The notes: a model not told the origin generated them from the letters alone. 32,000 nt of DNA from Staphylothermus hellenicus DSM 12710 (GCF_000092465.1 NC_014205.1:1320001-1352000), one strand, 5' to 3'; counted from the stretch's first letter, positions 15,817 through 25,933 are shown. Made by a program: numbers and translations.

Positions 15817-18546
15817 TTATGCTTTACATAAAAGGTTTGCGATTGTTTCTACTATTAGTTTGATTACTTGTTTAGGTTCTTTTATCTTTATATAGATATG
15901 ATCGGGTTTTCCACCGCCTTTTCCTCCTATGTTTTTGAGAATTTTCACAAGGCTTCTTAGATCAAGTTTTCTATTACGAGCTTCATCCGGGTGTATTGCT
16001 ATCTCTACAAATTTATCTGATACATATATTGTTAGAACTCTTTTCCTCAACGATAATTCTTCAATGATTGATTTATAGAGTTGTTCATCTTCAAGTTGTT
16101 TCTCTAATACAACCGTTTTTAATCCGCAGATTTCCTGTGCTTCTCCTAATAACTGGTTTAATAGTTTTTCTTTGAATAACTTGCGGTATTGAATTAGCAG
16201 GACCTTGTATTTATCAAGTTCTTCGCTAACTTTTTTCGCAGCTATAGAGATTGATGAGCCTTTAACACCTAGAAACTCGAGAGCCTTATCTACTTCTTTC
16301 TGTAGATCGGATATGTATTCTGGAAGCCTTGTTGAAGCTATGTATTCAAGCCTTATAACACCATCTTGGATCTTTTCTGATTTAATTATCTTTATTCCAC
16401 CTACTTCTGAAGTATTATATACATGTGTTCCAAAGCAAGCTTCTGCATCCCACCCAGGTATCTCAACTATGCGGAGAATAGGCGAGTAAACTGCTCCACC
16501 CTGATATATTTTTAATCCAAATTTTTTCTCAGCCTCGAATTTTGGTAGAAAATAAAATCTTAAGTCTATTTTTTCATCGATCACCTTATTAGCTAGCTCC
16601 TCGATCTTTCTGATCTCCTCATTGCTTAACGATTTATAATGAGTTATATCCAGCCTCGCTTTCTCAGTGGTTTTCTCCGCTCCAGCTTGCCATACATGTT
16701 CTCCGAGAACTTTTCTTGCTGCTCCTAAAACAATATGTGTCGCTGTATGATGCCTCATTAATCTATACCTATTATACCAATCAATAACTAGCTCTACCCG
16801 TGTCCCCGGCTCTATTTTTCTTCTAGTAGCTAATTGGTGAACTATTACTTCTCCAACTTTATACACATGTTTCACAGGTATGTGCTCATCACCTAGTATA
16901 ATGTATCCCTTATCGTGGTCTTGTCCCCCAGCTCTAGGATAGAATATTGTCTGATCAAATATGACGTATTCATTCAGTGAATCGAGAATCTTTGCACTAG
17001 CTCTTCTTAGATAGGGGTTTTCATGGAACAGTCTCTTAGTAGGATTATGTTTACTAGCCCATTCAACTATTTCATCCGGCAATTCATGTTCTTTCTCTTT
17101 AACAAGTGCTTGTGAACCACCATGTCTAGCAGCTATTAATGAATAGAAATTGCTGGGAACACGTATTTGTTGCCCATAATACTTTGCTCTCTCCGCTACA
17201 ATTTCAGGAGGTATTCCTTTGGAGTCATATATTTGTATTAAATCATTGAGGACAAGCTTCTTTTTCTTCTTGATAAACCTATCTATCTCCCTGATCCCCC
17301 TAGTAATTATGTCGACATATTTTCTAGTCTCATAACTCATTACATCAAGTATATAGTCTAGTCTACGATGAAACTTATCATATACATATTTACCTTTCCA
17401 GTACTTCGCTTGCTTATCTATAAGTTCTAGAACTACATCCTCTAATGCAGACACTTTTATTCCTAAACGTATAAGTGTTCTCAACAAGCGTCTAATAACC
17501 AAACGTGCTAGATATCCTTCACCACTATTAGATGGTACTATACCATCACTCAACATTAAGGACAAAGTCTTAACATGGTCGAGAGCTGTGTATAGATTGA
17601 TCGCGTCTACCAGGGATTTATAGTATTCGGAATAGTTGATTTCTTCTAGGTAATTATTCAACATATATATATCTTCGATCTCCTTATCACTTAATAAGTA
17701 AACTATTTTTTTAAGCACATCATAGGGTGGCTCATCTATTCCTAAAATATTCTTATACGTTTCCAGCAATGAACCAAATATTGTGTGAAAAGCTGTTGGT
17801 GTTCTCTGCGTAAACCAGGCAATTCTCTCTATACCATAACCTGTATCAACCACGAGTACGGGATTCTTAACTTTTTCTCCATTAACTATTTTATACTTCA
17901 TAAATACCAATGTGGCAAGCTCTAATCCATCAACTAGAACCTCATATGCTGGTCCAGCATTTCCTCCTCCTTCCCACCATGATTCTTTGAAAACAAGGTT
18001 TTCAGGCTCTATTCCAAGTGTTTTTGTGAAGAAGTCGAATGCGTATTGAAGTGTTTCGTTTACCCAGTAAACGTATTGGTTCTTCTTATTAAATGCGTGA
18101 TGACCTCCCATTTCAAAACTTGTAAGATGCCTTCCAAAAGTTAAGCCTACATTATCTATATCCTCTAATCTAACACTAGGCTGAACTATGACTAGTGGAT
18201 TATATGGTGGATCAATTATTCCCTCAGTAACAGCTGGTTGGAAAACAATTATTGATGCAATCGTCAAATACAGATCGTTTCTCCACCTAGCGAGAACAGG
18301 ATACGGCTCAACATATTCATGCCCATGAGAAGTGAAGAATTCTATGAATTTTCTCCTTGCCTCATCAAATGTTAAAGCCGGAACTCTTCTATACTCGTTA
18401 TATAAGAAATCATATTTACTACATGGTCTATCAGGACAGGTATCTCTCGGCACTAGGCTCCAGAATTTTTCTCCGCACTTCTTACACTTATATACTTGAT
18501 AACCTGTTTTCCTTAAAAACTCATTCATAAACTCTTCTTCGACCAT
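15817..18546 (-). CDS. alaS: Alanyl-tRNA synthetase
   Basis: 909 aa with an archaeal N-terminal zinc motif (KCKKCGEKFW), the class-II core, editing-domain motifs MRHHTATHIV and CFGTHV, and a C-terminal DHHA1-like GGKGGGKPD. Confidence 0.97.
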   Translation of the reverse strand: MVEEEFMNEFLRKTGYQVYKCKKCGEKFWSLVPRDTCPDRPCSKYDFLYNEYRRVPALTFDEARRKFIEFFTSHGHEYVEPYPVLARWRNDLYLTIASIIVFQPAVTEGIIDPPYNPLVIVQPSVRLEDIDNVGLTFGRHLTSFEMGGHHAFNKKNQYVYWVNETLQYAFDFFTKTLGIEPENLVFKESWWEGGGNAGPAYEVLVDGLELATLVFMKYKIVNGEKVKNPVLVVDTGYGIERIAWFTQRTPTAFHTIFGSLLETYKNILGIDEPPYDVLKKIVYLLSDKEIEDIYMLNNYLEEINYSEYYKSLVDAINLYTALDHVKTLSLMLSDGIVPSNSGEGYLARLVIRRLLRTLIRLGIKVSALEDVVLELIDKQAKYWKGKYVYDKFHRRLDYILDVMSYETRKYVDIITRGIREIDRFIKKKKKLVLNDLIQIYDSKGIPPEIVAERAKYYGQQIRVPSNFYSLIAARHGGSQALVKEKEHELPDEIVEWASKHNPTKRLFHENPYLRRASAKILDSLNEYVIFDQTIFYPRAGGQDHDKGYIILGDEHIPVKHVYKVGEVIVHQLATRRKIEPGTRVELVIDWYNRYRLMRHHTATHIVLGAARKVLGEHVWQAGAEKTTEKARLDITHYKSLSNEEIRKIEELANKVIDEKIDLRFYFLPKFEAEKKFGLKIYQGGAVYSPILRIVEIPGWDAEACFGTHVYNTSEVGGIKIIKSEKIQDGVIRLEYIASTRLPEYISDLQKEVDKALEFLGVKGSSISIAAKKVSEELDKYKVLLIQYRKLFKEKLLNQLLGEAQEICGLKTVVLEKQLEDEQLYKSIIEELSLRKRVLTIYVSDKFVEIAIHPDEARNRKLDLRSLVKILKNIGGKGGGKPDHIYIKIKEPKQVIKLIVETIANLLCKA

Positions 18547-18762
18547 TATACATCACTTAATCCACATTATATTCTATAGCATGCTAGTTATGATATGGGT
18601 TAACAATTTCCAATATATGAGTATTGTATGCCGGCAACGTATAATATTATATATCGGCTTCTAAGAGATAAGGCAGTTTGTTTCTTATTATGGCTAAACA
18701 AAAACAATATCTGCTCCTGGAATATCGCTTCAATATTATTTGATTTATTGAGTTGTAAAAAC

Positions 18763-18864
18763 TGTTTATCCGAAGAGTGCTCCTAGTCCTTCAGCTAGTT
18801 CTTCCTCGCTAACAGTTTCTTCTTCCTCTTCTTCTTCCTCTTTCTTCTCCTCCTCTTTCTTCTC
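18763..18864. repeat. Copy A of a 102-nt perfect direct repeat (3' end of the P1 gene plus 3 nt downstream)
   Basis: TGTTTATCCGAAGAGTGCTCCTAGTCCTTCAGCTAGTTCTTCCTCGCTAACAGTTTCTTCTTCCTCTTCTTCTTCCTCTTTCTTCTCCTCCTCTTTCTTCTC is identical at 18763-18864 and 19209-19310. Confidence 0.95.
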
Positions 18865-19095
18865 TTCCTCCGCTGGAGCCTGTGCTGCCGGTGCAGCAGG
18901 CACCGCTGCTACAGGAGCAGCTAATGCTTGTTCAAGTACTTTTGCTATATCAATATTTTTCAGGGCAGCTACAAGAGATTTTACTCTTACCTCATCTACT
19001 TGGATCCCTGCAGCTTCTAATACTTTCTTTATGTTTTCTTCGTTTATCTCTTTACCAGCCTTATACAGTAGTAGTGAAGCATATATGTATTCGAT
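18766..19095 (-). CDS. rpl12: 50S ribosomal stalk protein P1 (L12e); no canonical start codon
   Basis: Not in the ORF track. Hand translation gives (ATC)[109 protein letters not shown]. The classic P1 N-terminus MEYIYAxLLL would start at 19095, where the codon is ATC. An in-frame TGA lies two codons upstream, and GAGGTG sits 7 nt upstream. Confidence 0.85.
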   Translation of the reverse strand: MEYIYASLLLYKAGKEINEENIKKVLEAAGIQVDEVRVKSLVAALKNIDIAKVLEQALAAPVAAVPAAPAAQAPAEEEKKEEEKKEEEEEEEETVSEEELAEGLGALFG

Positions 19096-19208
19096 CGTTC
19101 ACCACCTCTCCAATCCATGTTTTATCTTATTTCCTACTCATACATCTACTTATCCATGATTATCTGGATGTTTTAAAATGTATTCTCCCTAATAAAAATA
19201 TTTATCCA

Positions 19209-19310
19209 TGTTTATCCGAAGAGTGCTCCTAGTCCTTCAGCTAGTTCTTCCTCGCTAACAGTTTCTTCTTCCTCTTCTTCTTCCTCTTTCTTCTCCTCCT
19301 CTTTCTTCTC
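19209..19310. repeat. Copy B of the 102-nt perfect direct repeat (3' end of the P0 gene plus 3 nt downstream)
   Basis: The sequence is identical to 18763-18864. It encodes the shared stalk tail [32 protein letters not shown] in both genes. Confidence 0.95.
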
Positions 19311-20225
19311 GGGCGGTGTTGTTGGCTGCATTGTTGGTACTTCTAATCCTAGATCTGGCGCGTACTTGGAGATTTCTGCTGCAAGAGCTAGTGCTTTCAT
19401 TACTGCTGTTCTAAACACGTATTCAGCGGTATCTGGTGTTATGTATCCTGCCTCAGCAGCCAATGCTAATGCCTGGCGGAATGCTTTGTTTAATGATAAC
19501 TCTAATATTTCTGGCACAGGCCATGCTATCTCTGATCCGATCTTTAATGCATCTAGGTGAGCATTCATAACCATGTTCTTGTACTCTTCAAGATCTAGGA
19601 CTAGTTGGTCTCCAGATATTATTATTCCATGATCATATGCTGCTTTAATATTTATTTTAACCTCTTTCAAAGCAATATCTAGTCTTTGCAGAAGACTTGC
19701 CAATTCCTCGGATATAGTATCTCCCGGTTTCGCAACAACAGTATCACGTGTGATAACTATAGAGTTACCCTGTATACGAGTGGGTATCTTTAATTTACTG
19801 AAAGTGCTGAGAATGGGTCCTGGCGATAAACCAGTGTTTCCTTCAGGAATAACTATTTCTTGCTGAGCGATTTCGCCTGGTTTATAATAGGTTTTCGCCT
19901 TGTATTTATCGAGTAATAGGCTTAGCTCGAAGGCATTCATATGTGTAAACATTAATAGATTCTGTCCTGTGAGTATTTCTTCGAATTTACTTGTATCTAT
20001 GCCAGCATTCTTTAGAGCTCTTAGAATTAACTTGTTCTTAGAAACCCTGAACAATACTTTTTTCGATAATTTTTTCCTTAATTTTTGAAGCTGATTTGTC
20101 GGGAACCCTGTTAGATCAGCTATTACGAATACTGGGTACGATTTAAATAAATTTGTTAAATATTTTACTTCTTCTATTTTCCACTGAGGAATTCTCTTAG
20201 CTCTAGGAACAGCTGTTGCAGACAT
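19212..20225 (-). CDS. rplP0: 50S ribosomal stalk protein P0 (L10e)
   Basis: 337 aa with an N-terminal L10 domain (IPQWKIEEVKYLTNLFKSYPVFVIADLTG) and the acidic C-terminal tail ...EGLGALFG. Confidence 0.95.
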   Translation of the reverse strand: MSATAVPRAKRIPQWKIEEVKYLTNLFKSYPVFVIADLTGFPTNQLQKLRKKLSKKVLFRVSKNKLILRALKNAGIDTSKFEEILTGQNLLMFTHMNAFELSLLLDKYKAKTYYKPGEIAQQEIVIPEGNTGLSPGPILSTFSKLKIPTRIQGNSIVITRDTVVAKPGDTISEELASLLQRLDIALKEVKINIKAAYDHGIIISGDQLVLDLEEYKNMVMNAHLDALKIGSEIAWPVPEILELSLNKAFRQALALAAEAGYITPDTAEYVFRTAVMKALALAAEISKYAPDLGLEVPTMQPTTPPEKKEEEKKEEEEEEEETVSEEELAEGLGALFG

Positions 20226-20232
20226 GTCTTAA

Positions 20233-20880
20233 TCACCCCATAACCTCTACTGGTGGGCCCATTGTGGTTTTAACAATTATTTTTTCAATATTATTTGCTC
20301 CATTAGGTAGTTTCGTCTCTATCCGTGATAAAATTGTTTGTGCATTTATAACTAAATCTTCGGGATTCATATCTTCTGTTCCTATCCTAGTCATTAATTG
20401 TGGTTGATCCTTGTTTCTCAGCAAAATCGCGGACTTATACCTATTTATTACCGACACTATATCTGCAGCGGGAGGGACTGGAACAGGTATTTTTCCTCGA
20501 GGACCAAGAGCTGGCCCCAGTATTCTACCAGCATTAGCCATTAGATCCGTCCTCACAAGAACCCAATCACATTCTTGAGCTACTTTCTTAGCATCTTTCT
20601 TGGTTAACGCGAGCAATTCATCTCTAGTTATAATTCTACGTGCACCGCCTGATCTAGCTTTTTCAGCCATTTCGCCATCGGCAACAACACATATTATTTT
20701 ATCTTTTCCAAGCCCTCTCGGCAGAAATATTGTCTCTCTAATTCTCCCCTCCGGACTTCGGGGATCAACACCTTTTAAAACAATAATTAGCTCTACGCTT
20801 TGTTTAAAGTTTCTCTTCGGACTATACTGTACTGCTTTAACTATAGCATCCTTTAATTCTTCCTTGCTTGGGAGAGGCAC
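20233..20880 (-). CDS. rpl1: 50S ribosomal protein L1
   Basis: 215 aa. It is assigned by position between P0 and L11, the L1 family pattern (NFKQSVELIIVLKGVDPR ... VLVRTDLMANAGRILGPALGPRGK) and its length. Confidence 0.95.
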   Translation of the reverse strand: MPLPSKEELKDAIVKAVQYSPKRNFKQSVELIIVLKGVDPRSPEGRIRETIFLPRGLGKDKIICVVADGEMAEKARSGGARRIITRDELLALTKKDAKKVAQECDWVLVRTDLMANAGRILGPALGPRGKIPVPVPPAADIVSVINRYKSAILLRNKDQPQLMTRIGTEDMNPEDLVINAQTILSRIETKLPNGANNIEKIIVKTTMGPPVEVMG

Positions 20881-20887
20881 TTCTTAT

Positions 20888-21418
20888 TCACACCTCGCCA
20901 GTCTCCTGTTCCTCTTCTTTCTCCCATTCAGGTTCATATTTAGCTATTACAGCATCATATAATCCTTCATCTATTTCTTTCTGGACAGTCTTAGGGTCTT
21001 TTCCATCAACTGTTATTCCTATACTTCTAGCAGTTCCTAAAATAGTCTTCACCGCCGCCTTCAGTGTTTTAGCGGTTAATTGTTCTTTCTTTAATATTGC
21101 TATTTTTATGATTTTATCAATCGGCAGATCCCCTATTTTCTGATGAGCGGGATCGCCGGGTGGCTGTTTCACACCTACCTCTTTAAGGAGTAAGGCTGTC
21201 GTTGTTGGAATACCAACTTTTACCTCGAATTTTCTAGTGGACGTATCCACTATGATCTCGACTGGAACAGTTAACCCTTCAAAATCCTTAGTTGCTTCAT
21301 TGATTGTCTTAACTACTTCCATAACATTTACTCTCAACGGTGAAAGTGTAGGGCCTAGGGGTGGGCCTGGATTAGCTTTTCCACCTTCAACCATTACTTT
21401 TATTACTTTCTTACCCAT
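20888..21418 (-). CDS. rpl11: 50S ribosomal protein L11
   Basis: N-terminal [21 protein letters not shown] is the L11 signature. It has an acidic C-terminal extension. Confidence 0.95.
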   Translation of the reverse strand: MGKKVIKVMVEGGKANPGPPLGPTLSPLRVNVMEVVKTINEATKDFEGLTVPVEIIVDTSTRKFEVKVGIPTTTALLLKEVGVKQPPGDPAHQKIGDLPIDKIIKIAILKKEQLTAKTLKAAVKTILGTARSIGITVDGKDPKTVQKEIDEGLYDAVIAKYEPEWEKEEEQETGEV

Positions 21419-21420
21419 AT

Positions 21421-21915
21421 CTAGACACCGCTTTTCCTAGTGGGTTTTACATAATCACCTGGAACAGTTATAGGGACATTGAAAGCAGCCTCTAATATAC
21501 TCAGGACAACCATGTTTTTATTCCTATCTATACTAATAACTTGTGCCTTCATACCTCTAAATGGTCCTCTCACAATTTCTACTATGTCTCCCTCTTTAAT
21601 CATTTCAATAACAGGTTTAGGCTTAACTAGTCTTTCTACCTCTTCAAGAGAAACTTTGATTGGTTGACCCGACTTAACATATTTTACCTCGCTTATCAAC
21701 CTATAGATTGATGCTAATCTTGATGTCTCGAGAAAAACATATCCTCTAACACCTGGAGGAACGAATATTGCTTTTACTCCTGGGTCTCTATTTTGCTTTT
21801 TTAGATCCTTTATTCTAGACTCTATAACTAAAGCTACGTCTATTTCTCGTCCCATAGTTGTTCTTAACGCGTAAAAGCTTGTTTTTCTTCTAATACTCAA
21901 AGATTTAGCCTCCAT
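21421..21915 (-). CDS. spt5: Transcription elongation factor Spt5 (NusG)
   Basis: NGN domain ([19 protein letters not shown]) followed by a KOW motif ([22 protein letters not shown]). It sits in the conserved secE-nusG-L11 position. Confidence 0.9.
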   Translation of the reverse strand: MEAKSLSIRRKTSFYALRTTMGREIDVALVIESRIKDLKKQNRDPGVKAIFVPPGVRGYVFLETSRLASIYRLISEVKYVKSGQPIKVSLEEVERLVKPKPVIEMIKEGDIVEIVRGPFRGMKAQVISIDRNKNMVVLSILEAAFNVPITVPGDYVKPTRKSGV

Positions 21916-22093
21916 ATAATTGCTGTGGAAATATAAATGATATAAATATGAATCTAACTATGAAAGCTATTGAACCCACAAGAGTTAATCCTAACAGGCT
22001 TATCTTTAAACTAGTCATATACTCTGTTTTATTAGGCTTAGTCGCCAACCGTATTATTCTTCGCCACGAATCTATTAATTCTCTAAAACCCAT
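21905..22093 (-). CDS. secE: Preprotein translocase subunit SecE (Sec61-gamma)
   Basis: 62 aa with the amphipathic LATKPNKTEY motif followed by a single C-terminal transmembrane helix, in the conserved position upstream of spt5. Confidence 0.8.
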   Translation of the reverse strand: MGFRELIDSWRRIIRLATKPNKTEYMTSLKISLLGLTLVGSIAFIVRFIFISFIFPQQLYGG

Positions 22094-22113
22094 ATATGAT
22101 CCGCTCCAAAACC

Positions 22114-23010
22114 CTATTTAATAGGCAATATTTTATCTAGGAATTCATCGATATTAAAGGGTTTTAAATCTTTATATCCCTGGCCAACTCCAATCATGAT
22201 TATAGGTTTCCTAATACTATATACTATGCTTAGAGGAACACCTCCTTGCTCATATGCATCAACTTTTGTCACTATTACAGCATCAACACCCACTGCTTTG
22301 TCAAAGAATACTGCTTGCTCAATAGCATCATTACCTGTGAGAGCATCAACTACAAGAATTTTTCTATGAGGCTTTGCAACCCTGATAATTTTTCTGAGCT
22401 CATCAACTAAGTTAGAATCTGTATGCATTCTACCGGCAGTATCGATTAAGACCACATCATAACCACGGGTTTCTGCATGTCTAATAGCGTCGAACGCTAT
22501 AGAAGCTGGATCAGCTCCGTATTTACCCATGAATACCGGTATACCGGTTCTCTCTCCATGAACTCTTAGTTGTTCTTGTGCTCCTGCTCGAAAAGTATCA
22601 GCTGCAACCATTAATGGTTTAAATCCTTTTTCTTTAAACAATACAGCTGTTTTAGCTATTGTCGTTGTTTTACCAACACCATTAACTCCTAGAAAAACTA
22701 TAATGTAGGGTTTAGTCTTGGATGCTTCATAGAAAATATTAATTGGCTCAACAGAGTCGAAATATGACTTAATAGTTTTCTTTAGAAAATCCATCAAAGT
22801 TTCCTTATCCTTGACTATTTTATTCTCAACCGCTTCAACAAGTTTAGCTGCAATTTCCTCTGCTACATCATATGCTACATCATTTGATACTAACTCGAAT
22901 TTAAACTCATCTATTAAATCCAATAATTGTTCTCTAGAAAACAGTAGAGATGACGCTTTATCTATGAATTTCGAAAATGCTTTCTTAATTCTGCGAAACA
23001 AAAATATCAC
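22114..23010 (-). CDS. ftsY: Signal recognition particle receptor FtsY
   Basis: NG domain with SRP-GTPase motifs GVNGVGKTTT, DTAGR and TKVD. Confidence 0.95.
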   Translation of the reverse strand: MIFLFRRIKKAFSKFIDKASSLLFSREQLLDLIDEFKFELVSNDVAYDVAEEIAAKLVEAVENKIVKDKETLMDFLKKTIKSYFDSVEPINIFYEASKTKPYIIVFLGVNGVGKTTTIAKTAVLFKEKGFKPLMVAADTFRAGAQEQLRVHGERTGIPVFMGKYGADPASIAFDAIRHAETRGYDVVLIDTAGRMHTDSNLVDELRKIIRVAKPHRKILVVDALTGNDAIEQAVFFDKAVGVDAVIVTKVDAYEQGGVPLSIVYSIRKPIIMIGVGQGYKDLKPFNIDEFLDKILPIK

Positions 23011-23051
23011 CGGTTCACGGTATGGTTTAAATACTTAGAAGCATTATGGTA

Positions 23052-23531
23052 TCAGCTAGCACCTTTTCGTTGTGATGCTTGCTGTGATTGCTGTGCTTGA
23101 GCATATATTTTTGCAAGAATTTGTTGTATAGTATTATACTCCATTAGTACAGCTTGATACTGCCTCCTAAGATCATTGAGTATTCTTCTAATAACAGATA
23201 TCCTGTCACTAACTATTTTTGAGGCTTTATCCTTATTTGTCCTCACATAATAGTTACGCCCAATATTTACAATTATATTCTTATCCCAGTTATCACTGAT
23301 TCTTACCGGTATAAATGCTGTATTCAATCGGTCAAGGACCACTAAGCCATCAAATGTACTAGTAGGTAGTTCTTCAAGCGTATTCTTAACCAATTGTAAC
23401 TCTGATAACTGGGAAGTATATGTTTCTATTTGTGTCTGCAATACGTTCATATGTTCTCGGAGCTCGTTTGCTCTGGCTATCAATTCTGTAAGTGTTACAG
23501 TGGTTCTTTTTTCGCGTATTTCCTTGCTCAT
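23052..23531 (-). CDS. pfdA: Prefoldin alpha subunit
   Basis: 159 aa with a coiled-coil / beta-hairpin / coiled-coil layout. It holds the conserved position between LX and ftsY, and its start overlaps the LX stop (TAATG). Confidence 0.78.
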   Translation of the reverse strand: MSKEIREKRTTVTLTELIARANELREHMNVLQTQIETYTSQLSELQLVKNTLEELPTSTFDGLVVLDRLNTAFIPVRISDNWDKNIIVNIGRNYYVRTNKDKASKIVSDRISVIRRILNDLRRQYQAVLMEYNTIQQILAKIYAQAQQSQQASQRKGAS

Positions 23532-23791
23532 TACTTAACAAACCTCTCAAGTTTTGCTAAAGCAGCTATTCTACGATCCCTTGCTTCGCTCAGTGGTATT
23601 TCTTCGATTTTTGTTATCTTAATATGTTTTCGTCTAAGCTTATGGTTGCTTCCTAGAACTGAGTAGACATATTCAATAGCTTGTTCCTTATTTAATGCTC
23701 TTACTTCCTTCGTAAACTTCTGCCACACCGGGAACTTATCATGGCTGATTAACATTATACCTTCTACTCTATAGGTCTTTATCTCACTCAT
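23531..23791 (-). CDS. rplX: 50S ribosomal protein LX (eL20 / L18Ae)
   Basis: 86 aa. MSEIKTYRVEGIM...KFTKEVRALNKEQAIEYVYSVLGSNHKLRRKHIKI fits the LX family, and it sits in the conserved aIF6-LX-pfdA order. Confidence 0.8.
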   Translation of the reverse strand: MSEIKTYRVEGIMLISHDKFPVWQKFTKEVRALNKEQAIEYVYSVLGSNHKLRRKHIKITKIEEIPLSEARDRRIAALAKLERFVK

Positions 23792-23793
23792 TC

Positions 23794-24477
23794 CTATATA
23801 GCACCTCCACTTAATCCCCTTCTTATCCGGAGTATTTCGGGGCCTGTCGTATATTCTCCTACAATTACACCTTTATTATTAGCTATTAAACCACTCTTAA
23901 TAAAGGGTATCCCCGAGTTAACAGTAGCACGTTCAAAGTCTACTTTAAATATTTCTTTTAATTCCTTGTTTTCATCGTCAGAAATATCTGGATGAATTAC
24001 TCCTCCCTTATCTGTTACAACAGCTAAACTACCAGGAATTGTTAGGTTCATTATATCTTTATATAATGCTTCAACACCTAAGGCCTCTGAAATCTTGTTT
24101 AGTTCTTGCTGTTCAAGCTCGGAGCCAGCAATACATGCTTTATTATTACATAGAACTATGTTTCCGAGAGCTGTATTTTTAGATCTGGAAACATATATGT
24201 TTAGATCATGTTTCTTTAAACTATTATTTAAAATATATAATTCATCATCTAATACTATTCTTGGGAGAACAATTCCATTATCGTTTCCAGCAACTAATAC
24301 TCCATTAAGAATGGTATTTGCAATTTTTGTCTCTATAAGTTCTACATCGAGCGTTTCCATAATTACTTTTTTCTCCCCGCTAGATAAGCTAGGGGGAATT
24401 AAAGCAATAGAGTTATTCGCGAACACGTATACACCAATATTTGGATTCCCGAATAAGCTTAGTCTAACAATTTCCAT
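23794..24477 (-). CDS. eif6: Translation initiation factor aIF6
   Basis: 227 aa with the five-fold pseudo-repeat pattern of eIF6 (GNPNIGVY..., NGVLVAGN..., GNIVLCNN..., GSLAVVTDKG..., GLIANNKG...). Confidence 0.95.
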   Translation of the reverse strand: MEIVRLSLFGNPNIGVYVFANNSIALIPPSLSSGEKKVIMETLDVELIETKIANTILNGVLVAGNDNGIVLPRIVLDDELYILNNSLKKHDLNIYVSRSKNTALGNIVLCNNKACIAGSELEQQELNKISEALGVEALYKDIMNLTIPGSLAVVTDKGGVIHPDISDDENKELKEIFKVDFERATVNSGIPFIKSGLIANNKGVIVGEYTTGPEILRIRRGLSGGAI

Positions 24478-24562
24478 AGATGATCATCCCGTACAGCTAA
24501 GTAAAAATATCTTGAATACCCATATAATAATTAGCTCTTTTTGTATAAGAAGAAATATATAA

Positions 24563-24877
24563 TTAGCCTTGCTTACCGCTTGCAGGCATTATTTTGATCT
24601 TAGAAGATCTTATTAGTAAGACCTTAGCGGTTTTTTCTTCCTTATCAAACCTGATCTCAACAATTACTCTTCGAGGCGGTTTCTCTCTGCTTCTACTCCA
24701 CACATATTCGTTGACGGCTGGATCAATTATTATTTTCTCAGCTTCTTTGAAGTGCCTTCTAACATATTTTCTTATCAGCCGAACAGCCCTATCCGCTCTA
24801 TTGGTTCTTCTGCCCCAATACACTCTTTGTAAAGGAATTATATGTATTGACCTAGTTATCTTTCCTTCCTCGCTCAT
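24563..24877 (-). CDS. rpl31e: 50S ribosomal protein L31e
   Basis: 104 aa. RVYWGRRTNRADRAVRLIRKYVRRHF...VNEYVWSRSREKPPRRVIVEI is the L31e pattern. Confidence 0.9.
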   Translation of the reverse strand: MSEEGKITRSIHIIPLQRVYWGRRTNRADRAVRLIRKYVRRHFKEAEKIIIDPAVNEYVWSRSREKPPRRVIVEIRFDKEEKTAKVLLIRSSKIKIMPASGKQG

Positions 24878-24918
24878 TTAAATCAACCTCTTCTTAACCC
24901 GGTAAATCATTAATTTTA

Positions 24919-25074
24919 TTATACCTTAAGTTTTGTTCTACGCCAATGTCTAAGTCTGAAACCTCTTCTAACCTTTAACCTGGTTTTAACAGATACCCAT
25001 ATGGGTACAGGCTTATTTTCCTTGTAAGCTGCTGCTAATCTAAGCTTTCTAGCTAGTGGTTTATTTCTAGCCAT
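24919..25074 (-). CDS. rpl39e: 50S ribosomal protein L39e
   Basis: Not in the ORF track (51 aa). Hand translation gives [51 protein letters not shown]. The composition and position next to L31e are typical of L39e. Confidence 0.9.
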   Translation of the reverse strand: MARNKPLARKLRLAAAYKENKPVPIWVSVKTRLKVRRGFRLRHWRRTKLKV

Positions 25075-25090
25075 AAATAAGCCCTCCGAT

Positions 25091-25429
25091 TTATTTCCTC
25101 AAGATACGTATATGTGTTTCATGATGTGTTTGCTCATATATTTGTGCAAGGAGTTTCTTGAGAAAATCATCTGTGATTGGGACAGGAACTCTTCCTGACT
25201 GTGCAAGTGTTATGAGTTGTTGTTCTACAATATTTGCTAATTCTGGTTTAACAAGTCTTAGATTAGCAAGTCTGCTTCTAGCCTCAGGTGTGAGAATTCT
25301 TCTGAGTATAGCTTCTATTTGTATTCTTCTCTGTTTCTCTTCTTCCATTTTCCTCTGCAATTCTAGTAATTTTCTTTTTTTAATTTCCTCCAACTCGGCA
25401 TCGTAGGATTCACTCACTTTTGTCACCAA
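25091..25429 (-). CDS. DNA-binding protein, PDCD5/TFAR19 family (COG2118)
   Basis: 112 aa. The pattern [16 protein letters not shown]...[21 protein letters not shown]...E.QLI.LAQSGR is typical of archaeal PDCD5 homologues. It sits in the conserved position between S19e and L39e. Confidence 0.75.
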   Translation of the reverse strand: MVTKVSESYDAELEEIKKRKLLELQRKMEEEKQRRIQIEAILRRILTPEARSRLANLRLVKPELANIVEQQLITLAQSGRVPVPITDDFLKKLLAQIYEQTHHETHIRILRK

Positions 25430-25435
25430 ATATAT

Positions 25436-25933
25436 TTATTTTTTAAAGTATATTTTAGACCTAACACTCGGGGGCAAATACTTTGCTAGCTCAGGTTTTT
25501 CTCTTACTAGGTCAAGCATTATCTCATACGCTAATCGATCGAGTAGGGCTCGTCCCTGAGGAGTTAGTACACGGCCTCTGCTCCTTATTTTTCTGACAAG
25601 CCTGGCTTGTTCTAGTTGTTGAAGAATCTTCCTAATGATGCTTCCACCGCTTTTTACGAAGTGTTCAGGGGCTGATCCATAATTTTTCCTTCCACCATAA
25701 ATTGTTCTAAAAGTTTCTATGCCGACTGGTTCGCCGGATTTATATAGTTTTCTCAGAATACTAGCTGCTCTATAATACCACCAATCTGGATCCTGGGGAG
25801 GTCTCTCTTTATGTGTACCTGTTTTAACAAAATACGCCCAGGGAAGTGGTTTAACTTCTGGTACATTTTCCTTTAGGTATGCGGCTAGTCTCTCGATTAA
25901 TTTGTCAGCTGGCACTTCTAACGCTGTAACCAT
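25436..25933 (-). CDS. rps19e: 30S ribosomal protein S19e
   Basis: [16 protein letters not shown]...[30 protein letters not shown] is the S19e signature. Confidence 0.95.
   Translation of the reverse strand: MVTALEVPADKLIERLAAYLKENVPEVKPLPWAYFVKTGTHKERPPQDPDWWYYRAASILRKLYKSGEPVGIETFRTIYGGRKNYGSAPEHFVKSGGSIIRKILQQLEQARLVRKIRSRGRVLTPQGRALLDRLAYEIMLDLVREKPELAKYLPPSVRSKIYFKK

Noticed and set aside
18547-18765. 219-nt spacer between the P1 stop and the alaS start, considered for a leader RNA or small gene
   Set aside because: It is AT-rich, with no stable helices, no box motifs, and only trivial ORFs (27 aa or less, without SD). It is most simply the alaS promoter and 5' region.
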